DNA from: a virus
Strand: one strand, 5' to 3'
IMG/VR virus record: IMGVR_UViG_3300032311_001250
Coordinates: 14,443-78,442 of that record
DNA length: 64,000 nucleotides
Numbering within the stretch: the stretch's first letter is position 1; the number at the start of each line of letters is the position of its first letter. Positions 30,296-38,506 of this stretch are shown here, in pieces. Under the pieces are notes generated by a model that worked only from the letters and a program-made list of their open reading frames with translations, was not told the DNA's origin and made no database searches. Made by a program: the position numbers and the translations under genes.

Positions 30296-30697
30296 TTAGC
30301 TACCTCGCAGTTCAAACAAACTCTTTTTACGGCACTGAACGCAGTAATTGTTCGAGTGCTTGGGCGAGAGGGTATTCGACTCCATCCTGCCCGACTCAAT
30401 TACGTTCTGACACTTTGTGCATACCCACCCGGTAAGAGTGGAGATCTTCACCGTGCTCAGCTTATATTCCACAAGCGGCGTTGCGTCATTGCTCATTCGC
30501 TGTGCAATGACATTTCCCTCGTTGCGCAGCTCGTTGATGAGTGCGGACCATCGAGGAAGTCCGAGCTGCGACGACAACAACTTTTGACTGACCCACGTAT
30601 CTGCGTGCTTCAGCAGGAATTCCTTCAGGCGCTTCTTATCTTGCGGGTCAGACACGCTTGCCTCCATATGCAATAACCATCTGATTGGCCCATGCAT
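30296..30697 (-). CDS. Winged-HTH plus Zn-ribbon protein
   Basis: SALINELRNEG HTH-like; CTKC/CVQC. Confidence 0.65.
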   Translation of the reverse strand: MHGPIRWLLHMEASVSDPQDKKRLKEFLLKHADTWVSQKLLSSQLGLPRWSALINELRNEGNVIAQRMSNDATPLVEYKLSTVKISTLTGWVCTKCQNVIESGRMESNTLSPKHSNNYCVQCRKKSLFELRGS

Positions 30698-30932
30698 AAG
30701 CCTGCATCTCGCACTCCTCGATGTTGGTGTGGCTTGTTGTAATTTGTTTCATATCTTCTCCGAGAATCATACCGGCATGCATCATGAGCTTTCCGGTCTT
30801 CTTGTTTTTTGCAATCACGCAAAATCCGCTGTGCTTTTCCTGGTTGCGCTTTGCCCCAATAACCTTGGCCATAAGGCCAACGAAGTCGTCAAGCTCATTA
30901 GTCGCCTGTTGGATGTCGCGCTGGCTAACCAT
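30648..30932 (-). CDS. Hypothetical protein
   Basis: RBS GAGG, operon context. Confidence 0.65.
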   Translation of the reverse strand: MVSQRDIQQATNELDDFVGLMAKVIGAKRNQEKHSGFCVIAKNKKTGKLMMHAGMILGEDMKQITTSHTNIEECEMQAYAWANQMVIAYGGKRV

Positions 30933-31110
30933 TATCTACCTCATCAATTGATTTACGGGCCGCTTCTACTGCGGAAAACCAATCCTCGTTGAATCCGCTG
31001 GAAACCATCTGACGCCTTTCTCGGTCAAACACCGACCAGATGTTTACGCCACTTTCGCGGTCGCGTTCAAGGACAAGAAAGAACCGATCCGGAAAACTCA
31101 GGTCGCTCAC
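30925..31110 (-). CDS. Hypothetical protein
   Basis: GTGA overlap, operon context. Confidence 0.6.
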   Translation of the reverse strand: MSDLSFPDRFFLVLERDRESGVNIWSVFDRERRQMVSSGFNEDWFSAVEAARKSIDEVDNG

Positions 31111-31544
31111 TTTTCACCCCTATTTCTTGGCGGATACTTGGAAAAAGGAGCAAGTGGGCATCCAGTGCTGTCCCAGCACGTTCCGCCCTCTTCAACCGTT
31201 TCCCCAGCACAACTGGCGCACATCTTATCGATAGATCGCTCGTACATCAAGAGGTCGCGCTTATACTCCTGGGCCACCTCACTTGTGGACTGCAAAATTG
31301 TTGATTGCGAAAGCTTGTATGCGCGTTCCGGATGACGTTCGTTGAGCATGACCAAAAAGTCGCTGCAAAACTTTGTGGCTGGTGGTCGCTCGCCCATGAT
31401 GTAGCCAACAATAGTTCGCGCGGTAATTGTCCCAAGATCCTGAGCACAGGCCTGTGCTCGATCTCGTGGAGTGAGCTCCGGATACAAGACTGCAAGTTCC
31501 TCGCTCAGCTCCTCCTTGGTGAGGATGACTTCCCTAATTGGCAT
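31107..31544 (-). CDS. Hypothetical HTH-like protein with Cys-rich end
   Basis: CASC...C...CPL C-terminus; RBS GGAGGAG. Confidence 0.65.
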   Translation of the reverse strand: MPIREVILTKEELSEELAVLYPELTPRDRAQACAQDLGTITARTIVGYIMGERPPATKFCSDFLVMLNERHPERAYKLSQSTILQSTSEVAQEYKRDLLMYERSIDKMCASCAGETVEEGGTCWDSTGCPLAPFSKYPPRNRGEK

Positions 31545-31890
31545 TAATCTCGAGCTCCTCCGTCAGTGGCTTTCCCCATACATTCCTTCGCAGTGCTACA
31601 GCAATCAGTGCGTAGTTTGCGATGTCGAGTAGCGTATCTTCCAGCGACTCGTCGCTCGCACCGTCGATTGGGTCAAGGATGACCTTGCCATCAACAACGC
31701 GGCCCTGCATGAACTTCAACGCGCGGGAAATCTTGTCGAATGAGATTCTGCTGATGACGCCATGCACGCCAAGGTTTTCGATGTTGCTGTTCCCGTACCG
31801 GCGCTGCTTTTGTACCAGCAGCTCAAATGCCTCGCTGTAAATTTTTTCAAACTCTGCTTCAAAGCTTCCTGCTGGAAAATTGTTCTTCAC
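31534..31890 (-). CDS. Nucleotide modification associated domain 1 (Nmad1/DUF1599-like) protein
   Basis: K..RYG...RISFDKISR...DESLEDTLLDIANYALIA. Confidence 0.82.
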   Translation of the reverse strand: MKNNFPAGSFEAEFEKIYSEAFELLVQKQRRYGNSNIENLGVHGVISRISFDKISRALKFMQGRVVDGKVILDPIDGASDESLEDTLLDIANYALIAVALRRNVWGKPLTEELEINAN

Positions 31891-31891
31891 C

Positions 31892-32767
31892 CTACCTCCT
31901 TGCGCTTAACGCGCGCTTCACTCCTGTCTCAAGATCAATCTTCGGCGTGTACACCTGCAGCATAGCAGAGATGTCCGCGACTCTCCAGTTGACGCCTTCG
32001 GGCTTATCAGTTAAAAATTGAAACTTAGGAAAATACCCCTCGGCCTTGGCAACCATCTCCCCAAGTTGCTGAAAGCTTGTGGCATGACCTGTGCCAATGT
32101 TGAGCGGCCCACGATAATCCTGCTTCACCGCCGCATCAACACAACCAACGACGTCACTGATGTGCACGAAGTCGCGGGTTTGCGTGCCGTCACCCCAGAT
32201 CACGAACGGATTTTCGCGGTTTCGTCCTCGCTCGATGAACGATGGGAACGGATAGTCCAGCGCCTGATCCTCGCCGTACCCAGAGAATGGGCGGAAGATA
32301 TGCGTCCGAACACCCTCGGCTTCGGCAAACTTGGCCAGATACTCACCGGTGAGCTTAGACCAGCCATAGGTGAGGTCTGGGTTGCGGATGTCGTCCAGGT
32401 TGATGTCGGCTTCGGTAAGCTTCTTGTGCGACTGCTTAGTTTGCAGGTGCACTGGGTAGGCCGCCGATGAGGAGAAATACACCACACGGGGCTGCTTGGT
32501 CCTAATCGCCCACTGCCACATTTCTGCGTCAATAGACAAGTCTACGGCGACGGAGAGCGGGTTGCCTTCGATCTTTGCTCGACCACCCACCACAGCGGCG
32601 AGATGAATCACCAGGTCAAACTGGGTGTGATTGGCCATCTGGAAGAACTTGCGAACATCCATACTATCGACGATATCTACGCCAAGAATCTGATGCCCCT
32701 GCTGTTCATAGAACTTATGAAAGTGCCGCCCCACAAACCCCTTGTGGCCGGTGATCAAGATGTTCAC
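31892..32767 (-). CDS. NAD-dependent sugar epimerase/dehydratase
   Basis: ILITGHKGFVG, HLAA, SSSAAY, YGWSK (YxxxK), GDGTQTRDFVH. Confidence 0.95.
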   Translation of the reverse strand: MNILITGHKGFVGRHFHKFYEQQGHQILGVDIVDSMDVRKFFQMANHTQFDLVIHLAAVVGGRAKIEGNPLSVAVDLSIDAEMWQWAIRTKQPRVVYFSSSAAYPVHLQTKQSHKKLTEADINLDDIRNPDLTYGWSKLTGEYLAKFAEAEGVRTHIFRPFSGYGEDQALDYPFPSFIERGRNRENPFVIWGDGTQTRDFVHISDVVGCVDAAVKQDYRGPLNIGTGHATSFQQLGEMVAKAEGYFPKFQFLTDKPEGVNWRVADISAMLQVYTPKIDLETGVKRALSARR

Positions 32768-33510
32768 TAGTACTCCTCCAACAAATCAAGGTCGTATTCA
32801 AAACGACCGCTTCCACCATTCAGCACCGAAAGGCCTTCGTCTGTTGGGTACCGAAAGAAATCATTTTCGTCCAGCGCCGCTCCGACATGATTGGCAGGGT
32901 TCCTGAGTTTTGTCGGAAACCGCTTTCTAACGCTTGGACGTTTCAGTTCGGTTTCAAAGTAGCTATCATGCATCATGCAGCTTCGCAGAATCTTTTCCGC
33001 CAATTTGTCTTGAACAAACAGTTCGTCTGCACCGTATGCTGGTTGCTCTCCGCGCTCCTGAATAAACATGCCCATCAGCGTCGACATGTTGCGCACCTTA
33101 TCTGCCCATCCGCTCCACATGCCGGCAGGAACGAGCTGCTTGTGATTTGGGTGATCTTTCATAACGTGAAAGTCAAGCTCGCTCTCCATCCACTCATCAT
33201 GCGCCTGGCGCTCCCGCACGGTCAGTCGAGCATCTACATCCCGGACCAGCACGATATCGACCTCTGGGTCGGCGAAAGCCAGAAAACGCCAGGCCGAAGA
33301 GAACCACCGGTTGTTTTGCGGGGACTTCTTAATCTCTACGTTTTGGTGCAGCTCAAGCGTATCGACAAGCCACTGCGGCACGTCCTCGGAAACGTAGAAT
33401 CGCACGGTGTACTCAGGGTAGATCTTCTCGGCCAGAGCGACATTCTTGAGCGCTCCGACCAGGTACTTCTGGTCTGATCCATACAGGCTGTACGAGATGA
33501 CTTGTTTCAT
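32767..33510 (-). CDS. Putative glycosyltransferase (GT-A-like)
   Basis: VISYSLYG...WRFL...VRDVDAR (DxD)...FHVMKDHPNH. Confidence 0.7.
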   Translation of the reverse strand: MKQVISYSLYGSDQKYLVGALKNVALAEKIYPEYTVRFYVSEDVPQWLVDTLELHQNVEIKKSPQNNRWFSSAWRFLAFADPEVDIVLVRDVDARLTVRERQAHDEWMESELDFHVMKDHPNHKQLVPAGMWSGWADKVRNMSTLMGMFIQERGEQPAYGADELFVQDKLAEKILRSCMMHDSYFETELKRPSVRKRFPTKLRNPANHVGAALDENDFFRYPTDEGLSVLNGGSGRFEYDLDLLEEY

Positions 33511-34178
33511 CCTTCGAGGTCGACGTTCTGAATCTTTCCGAGATCTGAGAAGAGCCTCTCCGTCAGATATTTGTGGTAGGCCTCGGAATCCTTCATGAAA
33601 ACCTCTGGCGCATTCACCTCGATGTAGCCGGCGTCGCGCTCCGCCTTGCCGTTGATGAAGTGCATATGCTCAATGATGCAGTCGGCATCATAAAAGGCGT
33701 TGCCGAGCCCTTTGCCAATCGTCAGCCAGAAATTGTCCATGTACATGTGTACAAGCTCGGGCGGAGCCATATAGCCGATTGCGCGGACAATTGACGACGA
33801 GAGCAGCACCGCAGTTGGGAGGCGCTCGCCCTGCAAAAGATCGTTCCCCCAGGCCACGCCTGGGTTTGAACCAATGCCAAGCATCAACCTGGTATCCCAC
33901 CCCTTGGTGCGCGGCCGGTGATCATCGCCCATAAACGAAAGGAACTCGTACTTGTCGGCATATTGATTTGCGATCAGGTTGAGCGTGCCGCACATGCGCA
34001 GACGTGGGTTGACTACCGACTTTGCTCGCACTTCAGCGGAATAGTCGCTGGTATCGTCATCGTCCAGCCCAAAGATAATGTCGGAGTCTTCTGCTGTGCT
34101 GTTGAACTCATGCAAAAGCTCCAGGGCCTTTTCCGGCCGGTTTCTCGTAGGAACGATAAGCAGATTCTTTTTAGTCAT
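33507..34178 (-). CDS. Family 2-like glycosyltransferase
   Basis: IVPTRNRP, FMGDDH, YMDN, IEHMH. Confidence 0.85.
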   Translation of the reverse strand: MTKKNLLIVPTRNRPEKALELLHEFNSTAEDSDIIFGLDDDDTSDYSAEVRAKSVVNPRLRMCGTLNLIANQYADKYEFLSFMGDDHRPRTKGWDTRLMLGIGSNPGVAWGNDLLQGERLPTAVLLSSSIVRAIGYMAPPELVHMYMDNFWLTIGKGLGNAFYDADCIIEHMHFINGKAERDAGYIEVNAPEVFMKDSEAYHKYLTERLFSDLGKIQNVDLEG

Positions 34179-34392
34179 GCTGAACCTTCACTTTCTGGTC
34201 AATCAACCATTGCGCTTCTCGCTCATCCAGGCGAACAAACTCGCCGGTGTCGTAGGTCTTGGGGAACTGCACCGCATACGGCTCAACGTCGCCTGGCCAC
34301 CGTGGGGCATAGACAAGAGACACGGCAAAGGAGGATGACCATAGGTACCAAATTGCCGCAGCTCGAGGGCTAGGCGGTACGTTCATTTCCAT
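34171..34392 (-). CDS. Hypothetical protein, leaderless first gene of the glycosylation operon
   Basis: TATAGT 7 nt before ATG; overlaps the GT2 gene. Confidence 0.6.
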   Translation of the reverse strand: MEMNVPPSPRAAAIWYLWSSSFAVSLVYAPRWPGDVEPYAVQFPKTYDTGEFVRLDEREAQWLIDQKVKVQHD

Positions 34393-34468
34393 GGGTAGGA
34401 CTATACCACACAGTTTGTAGATTTGTGTGAGATTGACCTTGCCGGTAACAATCTAATACTTTAGTCAT

Positions 34469-34609
34469 GCGTCACCTTCCGAACGTGGCGCGGCGCGCTG
34501 TGGCGTTACACCGCAGCTGAGGCGGGGGGTTAAGACCCGTCGGAGGGTTACGCCGGGTGGCCAAGGCACGTCGACGGACGAGCTGCCGGGCCAGCGGTGG
34601 CCCCCCGCC
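34469..34609 (+). ncRNA. Candidate pseudoknotted structured RNA or 5' leader
   Basis: Promoter TTGACC-N18-TACTTT; helix 34469-82/34540-53; hairpin 34497-517; 12-bp pseudoknot 34521-32/34598-609; hairpin 34558-93; G-U pairs favour plus strand. Confidence 0.55.
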
Positions 34610-34624
34610 AACATTGGAGGGAAC

Positions 34625-34816
34625 ATGGCACCTAAAGGAAAAACTGCGGTTAGCAAGGAGAAAAAGGCTCCGGTTATGACTGCGCGAAAGTGCACTGCAT
34701 GCGGCCAAACGATGCGTTCTGATCAAATTTCTACTGTGCTGACGGTTTCCATTGCCGACAGTGGCGCGGCAGCAAAGCGATTTTCTCACCGCCACAAGAC
34801 TTGCCCGGTGAAATGA
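34625..34816 (+). CDS. Small basic Zn-binding protein
   Basis: RBS GGAGGG; CTAC...HKTC. Confidence 0.7.
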   Translation: MAPKGKTAVSKEKKAPVMTARKCTACGQTMRSDQISTVLTVSIADSGAAAKRFSHRHKTCPVK

Positions 34817-34980
34817 TGGGCGATTATCCTCTGGAGTTTTTGGACTGGGAACAGCCACAAGGCTGTACAGAGGAGTGTTCGTTTAGCCTTGTCGAAACTG
34901 TATGCACCAGTTGCTCTACCTTGTTCATGATCTGTGAAATCCATGAATCTAGCGTAGAGGAGTGCTCGGACTGTGCCTAA
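34816..34980 (+). CDS. Acidic Cys-rich microprotein (54 aa, below cutoff)
   Basis: MGDYPLEFLDWEQPQGCTEEC...CTSC...CEIH...CSDCA; overlaps both neighbours. Confidence 0.65.
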   Translation: MGDYPLEFLDWEQPQGCTEECSFSLVETVCTSCSTLFMICEIHESSVEECSDCA

Positions 34981-35419
34981 TGTCAAACATCAAAGGAACC
35001 AGGAAATCGGCGAGCTGTTTCTCGATGGCTACACGGCAAACGAAATCGGCCGGATGTTCGGTATCAGCAAGCAGCGCGTCTCGTTCATCCTGCACAACCT
35101 GGGTATCCGGGCTGAAGAGGAGTTCACAACTGTCATCCTTCCTGAGCCATACGTGGTTGTCCTTGACTTTGGCGACCCGGCGTCTCACACGCTCCAGGGC
35201 CTGATTGAGCTGGGCTTTATTCCAAAGCCTGACGAAGTAGTTGCGTGCACAAAAGAAACTGCGCACAACACCCTGAGGTCATTTTCAAAGCTTGAACACG
35301 TTCTGGCGTACGTGCCGGTTGTTGAGGACGAAAATCTCCCCGGACGAGAGATCAGGTCAAACTGGCTGGTATATGCCTACCCGCTAAAAGAGGCTAGGCT
35401 TTCTTCTTTGCAGATTTAG
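34973..35419 (+). CDS. HTH DNA-binding protein (sigma4-like HTH)
   Basis: RNQEI...GYTANEIGRMFGISKQRVSFIL. Confidence 0.8.
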   Translation: MPNVKHQRNQEIGELFLDGYTANEIGRMFGISKQRVSFILHNLGIRAEEEFTTVILPEPYVVVLDFGDPASHTLQGLIELGFIPKPDEVVACTKETAHNTLRSFSKLEHVLAYVPVVEDENLPGREIRSNWLVYAYPLKEARLSSLQI

Positions 35420-36158
35420 ACGCCTTGTTGGCGACACTGGCATTGAAGACGAAATTTACAAATCCGGTGTGCAGGGTTGCTGCGTCAACTTTCATGCGCA
35501 GTGGAACGCCACATGCTCGTGCCAGCTGGCAGAACGATACATCTTCACCGGAGTATCCGTTTTCCTGGTCGTCCCACTCGTACTTAAAGAACTCGGTGAC
35601 CTTCCTGCCGGCTGTGCAGTAGTACTTTCGCACATCGGTCTTGTTAATGGTGTCAAGTGCCCCACGGGATACCAGCATCATGCCGGTGCCAATCCAGTCA
35701 ACCTTCACCAGGCCGTTGTCATCCGGTCGGACAATATCGCTTGTGATTGAAAAGTTTGCATCTCCAAGAAGCGCCACGATAGATTCTGCCGGAGCGTCTG
35801 GATAGTCGCGCATGAACTGAACGGCACGATCCCACTTCGGAAACTTTTTTGAGCAGGGGAAGCCAATAATTCCGTCGCCAAGCTGTGGAAGTGCGTTCAC
35901 TACATCCTCTGGTCGGAACGAGATGTCAGAGTCAACCAGCAAAGCCACATCGGCATCACTTTTGAGGAAGTCGTCCATAAGCTGGTTCCTGGCGTTAAAC
36001 AAGATTGAGTTGCCGGTCATAAAAGTGCTTCGAAGATGGACGCGCTGCATGTACAACGCATTCTTGAGCGCCATTAGTGACTGAACAAACTCAACGCTGA
36101 CCTTTCCGTCAAGCGAAGGTGTCAGCAGCATAACTGCCGGATGTTTGACGCCCGACAT
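35394..36158 (-). CDS. Glycosyltransferase-like protein (GT-A), paralog 1
   Basis: ARNQL, LVDSDI, GTGMMLV, GEDVSFC, H. Confidence 0.85.
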   Translation of the reverse strand: MSGVKHPAVMLLTPSLDGKVSVEFVQSLMALKNALYMQRVHLRSTFMTGNSILFNARNQLMDDFLKSDADVALLVDSDISFRPEDVVNALPQLGDGIIGFPCSKKFPKWDRAVQFMRDYPDAPAESIVALLGDANFSITSDIVRPDDNGLVKVDWIGTGMMLVSRGALDTINKTDVRKYYCTAGRKVTEFFKYEWDDQENGYSGEDVSFCQLARACGVPLRMKVDAATLHTGFVNFVFNASVANKASKSAKKKA

Positions 36159-36364
36159 TAGTTGACCTTCTTTCCAAAGATCGGTGCCTTTTCTACGTCA
36201 ATCTTTTCCTGCTCTTGCTTTAGGACTGACAGCAGTTGCGCAAAGTCATTCATGCCATTCTGCCAACCCTCGTGCTTGGCATCCGAAATTTTTCCGGACA
36301 TCAATGATCCGCCAACTCCAACGCCAAGAAGCAACCCAATTGCAAACGCGATGATGATTTCCAT
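36158..36364 (-). CDS. Small membrane-anchored protein
   Basis: N-terminal TM, TAATG overlaps. Confidence 0.7.
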   Translation of the reverse strand: MEIIIAFAIGLLLGVGVGGSLMSGKISDAKHEGWQNGMNDFAQLLSVLKQEQEKIDVEKAPIFGKKVN

Positions 36365-37179
36365 TACTCCTCCGATGCAAGCGCTTTGAGCGCAGCAAGA
36401 TCATACCGCAAGTTCACTTGCCCTGCGTGTGTTGAGCGACCATCGACCTTGACGTGGATCTTTCCGCCCATAGCGCGGATGTCGTCGCAGAACGTGTAGT
36501 CCTCTCCGATGAAATGATTGTCCCGACGGCCGTATCGGAAATACTCAACGGTTCGATGCGTCACGCCGCGAACATCCTCCATGTACCAGCGGTCCGGATA
36601 GGCCTTCTGATATTTCTCGAATGTTCGCCGAGCAATAATCATGGCGCCGGTTCCAGCGTGCGTTGCCTCCATGATACCGAACTCCTCGTCTTCTTTGCTG
36701 GGGGCCGGAGCATTTTTGTCCAGAATAAAGTTTGGCATGCCAATGACCGACTCGATTGCATGCGCCGGAACCTCCGGGTGTTTGCGCATCATCCCGACGC
36801 TTCGATCCCAGTCGATAGCTCGCTTCAAGCATGGAATGGCAACCACATCCTTGTTGGCAACCAGGGCCACCATTACGTCCTCCCAACGCACCGAAATATC
36901 AGCGTCCAGAAACAGCATGTGCGTCGCCTTAGTGCTGGTCATGAACTGGGCTACGCAGCGGTTCCTGGCCGCCACTAACATTGAGTTTCCCACCACAAAC
37001 GACCAGGAAAACGGGATGCCAACCGACAGGCAGGCCTGCTGAATCCCCAAAAGTGAGTGCACGTATCCATGATTTACGTTGCCGTCAATGATGGGCGTGA
37101 TCGCAAAAAGGGAGATCGGCGACTCTTGGGGGGCAAGCTTCACCTGGGGTTGCTGCTGACGGAACTTCTTCTTGGCCAT
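36364..37179 (-). CDS. Glycosyltransferase-like protein (GT-A), paralog 2 (leaderless)
   Basis: ARNRC, FLDADI, GTGAMII, GEDYTFC, H; TATGAT 6 nt before ATG. Confidence 0.85.
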   Translation of the reverse strand: MAKKKFRQQQPQVKLAPQESPISLFAITPIIDGNVNHGYVHSLLGIQQACLSVGIPFSWSFVVGNSMLVAARNRCVAQFMTSTKATHMLFLDADISVRWEDVMVALVANKDVVAIPCLKRAIDWDRSVGMMRKHPEVPAHAIESVIGMPNFILDKNAPAPSKEDEEFGIMEATHAGTGAMIIARRTFEKYQKAYPDRWYMEDVRGVTHRTVEYFRYGRRDNHFIGEDYTFCDDIRAMGGKIHVKVDGRSTHAGQVNLRYDLAALKALASEE

Positions 37180-37194
37180 GCCGGGATCATACAC

Positions 37195-37485
37195 GAAAAT
37201 TTTCGGCGTGCCAACCCGATTTTGGGGGAAGGGGGGGAGAACCTTTAAGGAGAGGGGGGGATGGGGGGAATCAGGGCTCCGGGCGGCGAGGGTTCCGGGG
37301 TATGAGTATGTTGTTAATACTTCTGTTTAGAAAATTGGGGCGATTTCGTGCTTAAAATTGGGGCGCTGCGCAGAAACACAAAGCAGTTGGCACTCCAGAT
37401 TTTGGTGTGCTAGGATGCGCAGTCCAGACCTGGGGGGGGATGGATGGGGATGACGGGCGACGGGGGCAGGGTATACGGGGTAGGA
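37195..37485. other. G-run/A-tract-rich divergent intergenic region
   Basis: Many G runs up to G9; AAAATTGGGGCG twice; no credible ORF. Confidence 0.5.
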
Positions 37486-37490
37486 GTTTG

Positions 37491-37847
37491 ATGGACTCAA
37501 AAGAGCTGAAACTGGTGAGCCAAAAGGCCGAGTGTCTCCACTCATCGGCACTCATCCAAACACCAGACGGGTTGAAGTCGTATGGTCTTCCGGTTGACAC
37601 CGATGATTGCATGCAATGCGCATGGCGAGATTTTGAGCAGTCGGTCGGCAAGCGGGTTGAGCTCCCTTCGATGCAGATCTTCTGGTGGAATTACAGCGAC
37701 GACAAGGAACCACATTGGGTTGCCGAAATCATGCCGCTCGACTTGCTCCCGGATGTTGCGTCAATTGTTGGACGCGGGGAAACGCCCGGTAAAGCCATCC
37801 GAGATATGTCTCGTCAGCTCAGGACTTTTTTGAGTCAGCACCAATAA
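37491..37847 (+). CDS. Hypothetical protein (possible HicB-like C-terminus)
   Basis: RBS AGGAG; WVAE...GRGETPGKAI. Confidence 0.65.
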   Translation: MDSKELKLVSQKAECLHSSALIQTPDGLKSYGLPVDTDDCMQCAWRDFEQSVGKRVELPSMQIFWWNYSDDKEPHWVAEIMPLDLLPDVASIVGRGETPGKAIRDMSRQLRTFLSQHQ

Positions 37848-38040
37848 CGACGTGCGTCTCCTGAGGAATCTTCTCCTGGAATGCCCAGCCTGATCCTTTG
37901 TAGGTAATCTTTGGTGCGTTGAAGACAACGCGCATCTCGCCGTTGCATACCAGGCACAACTCCTTCGAGTCGTCGCTCATCTTGCGAACGGTCTCACGAA
38001 CGATGTCGCATTTTTCACACTTGTAGTCGTACGTTGGCAT
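37819..38040 (-). CDS. FmdB-family zinc-ribbon protein
   Basis: MPTYDYKCEKC...CLVC..EMRVVF...KGSGW. Confidence 0.88.
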   Translation of the reverse strand: MPTYDYKCEKCDIVRETVRKMSDDSKELCLVCNGEMRVVFNAPKITYKGSGWAFQEKIPQETHVVIGADSKKS

Positions 38041-38050
38041 GATTCTCCTT

Positions 38051-38122
38051 TGGTGGAGCCGGGCGGGAGTTTCACCCGCCGTTACCCTTGGGCATGATGA
38101 CCCTTGGCGTGTACGCGGCCCC
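38051..38122 (-). ncRNA. 72-nt tRNA-Ala/tmRNA tRNA-like-domain RNA
   Basis: GGGGCCG/CGGCTCC acceptor with G3-U70, A73 and encoded CCA; T arm GGCGGG-TGAAACT-CCCGCC; no D stem or canonical anticodon arm; TATAAT 14 nt upstream. Confidence 0.72.
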
Positions 38123-38138
38123 GGCAGACTATATCAGA

Positions 38139-38498
38139 TTATAGGCCGAGAGTTACCTCTCCGGGTACTGCGTTATCCCTTCGCGCCTGGTCTTCCTGGA
38201 CCTTCCATCGCTTGGCAATCTTTCGAACCGCCCACGACGAGCGGAGAAGGCTCCTAGCGCGTTCTCGCTGCATGTTGGCCCACGATTCCAGCTCTTCTGA
38301 GCTTGTGGCGATATACACGCCGGCAGGGCTGTCAGAGGCAGAGCAGATCGGCTGCTCCCAGACGTTTCGGAGCTCTTCGACGGCAAGCTGAATTGCCCTG
38401 CTATTCCATCGGGTAGTCTTGGCCAGCTCTTTGTAGGTAATAGCGTTTTCTCGACCAACACGAATCTGCGAAAGTAAATAAATTAACTCTGGACCCAT
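38139..38498 (-). CDS. HTH DNA-binding protein
   Basis: GRENAIT.KELA...R.IQ..VEELR...ICS...GVY. Confidence 0.78.
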   Translation of the reverse strand: MGPELIYLLSQIRVGRENAITYKELAKTTRWNSRAIQLAVEELRNVWEQPICSASDSPAGVYIATSSEELESWANMQRERARSLLRSSWAVRKIAKRWKVQEDQARRDNAVPGEVTLGL

Positions 38499-38506
38499 AA
38501 TTCCTC

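Noticed and set aside
34497-34540. Ochre-suppressor tRNA (loop cgTTAca) or HDV/theta ribozyme
   Set aside because: No D arm, T-loop consensus or CCA, and the HDV L3/P1.1 consensus is missing. Kept only as an unknown structured RNA.
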